Part shown: positions 61,232 through 64,000 of the stretch, piece by piece
Layout: each line of letters opens with the position of its first letter
Numbering within the stretch: the stretch's first letter is position 1
Source: Mustelus asterias
Lineage: Eukaryota
Reading direction: 5' to 3'
DNA length: 64,000 nucleotides
Assembly: GCF_964213995.1 (NCBI RefSeq)
Contig: NC_135801.1
Coordinates: 26,660,001 to 26,724,000, forward strand
Notes under the pieces: model-generated
Seen by the model: the letters and a program-made list of their open reading frames with translations, nothing else
What the model was told of the DNA's origin: nothing
Databases searched by the model: none
Program-made: the position numbers and the translations under genes

Positions 61232-61450
61232 GATAGTGAAATTTGAATTCAATCAAAATTTGGGAGTCCAATGCTGACTATGAAACCATTGTTGATTGTT
61301 GTAAAAACCCATCTGATTCACTAATGCTCTTCAGGGAAGGAAATCTGTCATCCTTACCTGGTCTGGCCTACATGTGACTCCAGATCCACAGCAATGTGGT
61401 TTACTGGTGACCACCCAGCAAAGCCCACATCCCATGAATGAACAAAAAGA
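61232..61450 (+). mobile_element. Meta-domain-like SINE fragment
   Basis: GATTGTTGTAAAAACCCATCTGATTCACTAATGCTCTTCAGGGAAGGAAATCTGTCATCCTTACCTGGTCTGGCCTACATGTGACTCCAG. Confidence 0.7.
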
Positions 61451-62185
61451 AATGGTGACGCAGTCTTTGGTGGGGCCTATGGTTGCTGAGCCTCCAGGAT
61501 TGGATTGGAGTCTTCAGGAATTGAAGACCAATCTCCCAGGACACTGCTGTGTGCAACCCTGGAGAAACAAAATCATCGGGACATTAAAATATATCGATAT
61601 TGTTGTCCATTTTCTGAAAATATTTCTCTTTAGCAGCTATTAACATATTGAAAATGGGGTGGGAGAGGATGGTGTGTGGGTTGGGGAGACGGGGAAGGGG
61701 GAGTGCTGGGGGGGGCAGAGGCTGTTTGGCTGACAGCCAAGCATCATCCAAATGGGTAATGAGTCTTTGTTTGCTTTCCAATTGGCACAGGAAGGCAGGG
61801 CGCCACAAGGATGGATGTGTTTGCCGACTAATGGCAGGAGCCTTGGGGCGAATGATGTGATGAAAGCTCCAGGAACAGATTCAATCACCGTTAGCAATCC
61901 TAGGCATTCAGAAGCTCCAAACTCCAGAGGGTAGAGACCAAACATATCTCAGCAGGCAGAGCGAGGATCTGAGCAGCTTGCCAATAGCTCTGCTGAAGCC
62001 ATAGGGGATGCATTCTGGAAAAGTGATAGGAAATCTAAGAGAAAGCTGTTATAATTCAGCCAAAGTGCACAAGTGTTTAACAACATATTCTATAATGACA
62101 TCAGTTTTCTTTCCGACAGCAGCATAGAAGGTTTCATGATTTGCCCCACTTGCCCATTATTACGTCCCCAATTTCAACTCACAGT

Positions 62186-62398
62186 TTGGGATTTTCCAGC
62201 CATTCCTACCGGCGGAATCTTACGCTTCCGCCATTGGCAACCCTCTCCCTTCCACCAGTGGTTCCCCTGGCAACGGAGGGTGCGAACAATGGGAAACCAC
62301 GTTGACAGTGGTGAGACCGGAAGAACCCACTACCGCCCAATGGCGGGCCGCCTCTGCCACCGCAATGTACGCTGTGGGGTGAGTGAAAAAGTCCACCC
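62186..62398. mobile_element. Harbinger-type MITE
   Basis: GGGATTTTCCAG / GAAAAAGTCCACCC. Confidence 0.55.
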
Positions 62399-62852
62399 TT
62401 TGAGTTGCCTCATGATGAATACAGAAGCGTGACAGAATATGGTGGGGAGGGCAGTGCTAGGGTGTGTGATTGGGTTGTTTTATGAAAAGGGTGGGATTGA
62501 TGACGGTGGGAACAGGCTGGACAATTTCATTTTCTTTTACATTCGCTGCAGATCCCACCACAACTGATGTCGCTGTCATGGATGCCTGATGTTCTTTTCT
62601 GATGTCCTGCCCAAAAGAAAACATCCCTGGGTGCCCCAATCCTGGACCTTATCCATTTGAAAGCTCTGAAACCCTCCGTGATCATAAGAACTCTCTGCAA
62701 ATCAATTTCTAGTGGGAACTGAGAAATTAGTTGCAAGTGATGATCTTCTATTCATATTAACCAATCATAACTTTAGCACCCCCATGAAGCGCTACTCAAT
62801 CTCACCTTCAATTCACTGAATGACGCTGTCGAAATCCAATCCCCGTTGAAAC

Positions 62853-62980
62853 CATAGAAACCCTACAGTGCAGAAGGAGGCCATTCGGCCCATTGAGTCT
62901 GCACCGACCACAATCCCAGCTGACCTCTATCCCCGTAGCCCACTTATTTACCCTGCTAGTCCTCCTAAACCCCCTGAACC
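62853..62980 (-). mobile_element. HE1 V-SINE tail fragment
   Basis: CR1-like tail only. Confidence 0.75.
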
Positions 62981-63579
62981 TACAGGTCACTCGCACACAA
63001 CCAAACACACGTCTGTTAAACGCACAAAGGGCTCGTTGGATGCAAGTTGGAACCAGATTTGAGAAACCTCTGGTTTTATCTTTCCAGCTGAACTCAACCC
63101 AGCCTTCATTGGGGTTAAAATCTCCCCAGCGTGTAAAAAGGAGAGAGCAAAGTTCATAAAATGCCTCAGCTGTTGATCAGAAATGGCGAATAATCTCGTC
63201 CACTTCTCATTTAATTACTTTTCAGCAAACCTCTAAATGTTGTAACGTTCTGCCAAAGGAAACAAAACTGATATTCCCCCCTGTTTTTCTTTGATTTGAT
63301 TTGTTTTACCTCCTGATAAAAAAAGTCAGAGAAAACGTTTCACCCAGTAAAAGTCAACATTGGCGAAGGAAGAAACAGATGTGTAGAACAATAACACAGC
63401 CATGGGGAAAGTTACTTTACACCTCTGTGAATATAAGTTACGGCCATCCTTCAAATCCAACCTCCCACTGTTCCGATGAAAACATTGGCACTCGGTGGCC
63501 AAAAAAAAGGTAGAGTGGGCTATATCTCTGCTGCACCAAGTAATATTCATACCAAGTTCACCTCCTAAAGAAGGCAAAT

Positions 63580-64000
63580 GGCATGTTGGCCTTCATTGCA
63601 AGAGATTTCGAGTACTGGAGCAGGGATGTGCTGTTGCAATCATACAGGGCCTTGGTGAGGTCACACCTAGAATATTGTGCGCAGGTTTGGTCTCCTTTTC
63701 TGAGGAAGGATGTTCTTGTTCTCGAAGGATTGCAGCGAAGGTTTACCAGGCTGATTTCGGGGGTGGCGGACTGATGTATGAGGAGAGATTGACTAGGTTA
63801 GGATTGTTTTCGCTGGAGTTCAGATGAATGAGGGGGGATCTCATAGAGACTTAGAAAATTCTAATAGGACTAGACAGGGTAGATGCAGGGAGGATATCCT
63901 CAATGGTGGGGAAGTCCAGAATCAGGGGTCACAGTCTGAGGATCCAGGGTAGACAATTTAGGTCAGAGATGAGGAGACATTTCTTTACCCAAAGATTGGT
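63580..64000 (+). mobile_element. CR1 LINE ORF2 C-terminal fragment (runs off window)
   Basis: MLAFIARDFEYWSRDVLLQSYRALVRSHLEYCAQVWSP..LEGLQRRFTRLI. Confidence 0.92.

Noticed and set aside
1-64000. CRISPR array or prokaryote-type system
   Set aside because: No regularly spaced direct repeats with unique spacers and no operon-like coding density; the sequence is vertebrate repeat-rich DNA.

Overview
Repeat-dense, apparently intergenic or intronic vertebrate DNA, almost certainly from a shark or other elasmobranch. The evidence is dozens of HE1-type tRNA-derived V-SINEs together with CR1/HER1-like LINE fragments that share their 3' tail. I can support no intact host protein-coding gene. Nearly all listed ORFs are chance frames or pieces of SINEs and LINEs. 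Identifiable content: about 33 V-SINE copies with two different tails; CR1, L2 and Rex1-like LINE fragments; Deu- and Meta-type SINEs; PIF/Harbinger transposase and Myb-like remnants with many Harbinger-type MITEs; three solo-LTR-like elements; Penelope-like terminal fragments carrying degenerate minimal hammerhead motifs; a decayed intron-less TPR-like segment; and a 200-N gap flanked by an identical 80 bp sequence. The most unusual item is a ~300 bp retroposed element at 28248-28557. It has two U2 snRNA-derived heads, two tandem hairpins with the same base, AATAAA plus an A tail and a 12 bp TSD, making it a candidate U2-headed SINE (SINEU- or Keno-like) in a shark. Also notable are a 176 bp inverted duplication around a ~0.9 kb spacer and a perfect 25 bp hairpin. 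Family assignments are by eye and from memory of consensus sequences, not database searches, and most repeat boundaries are approximate.
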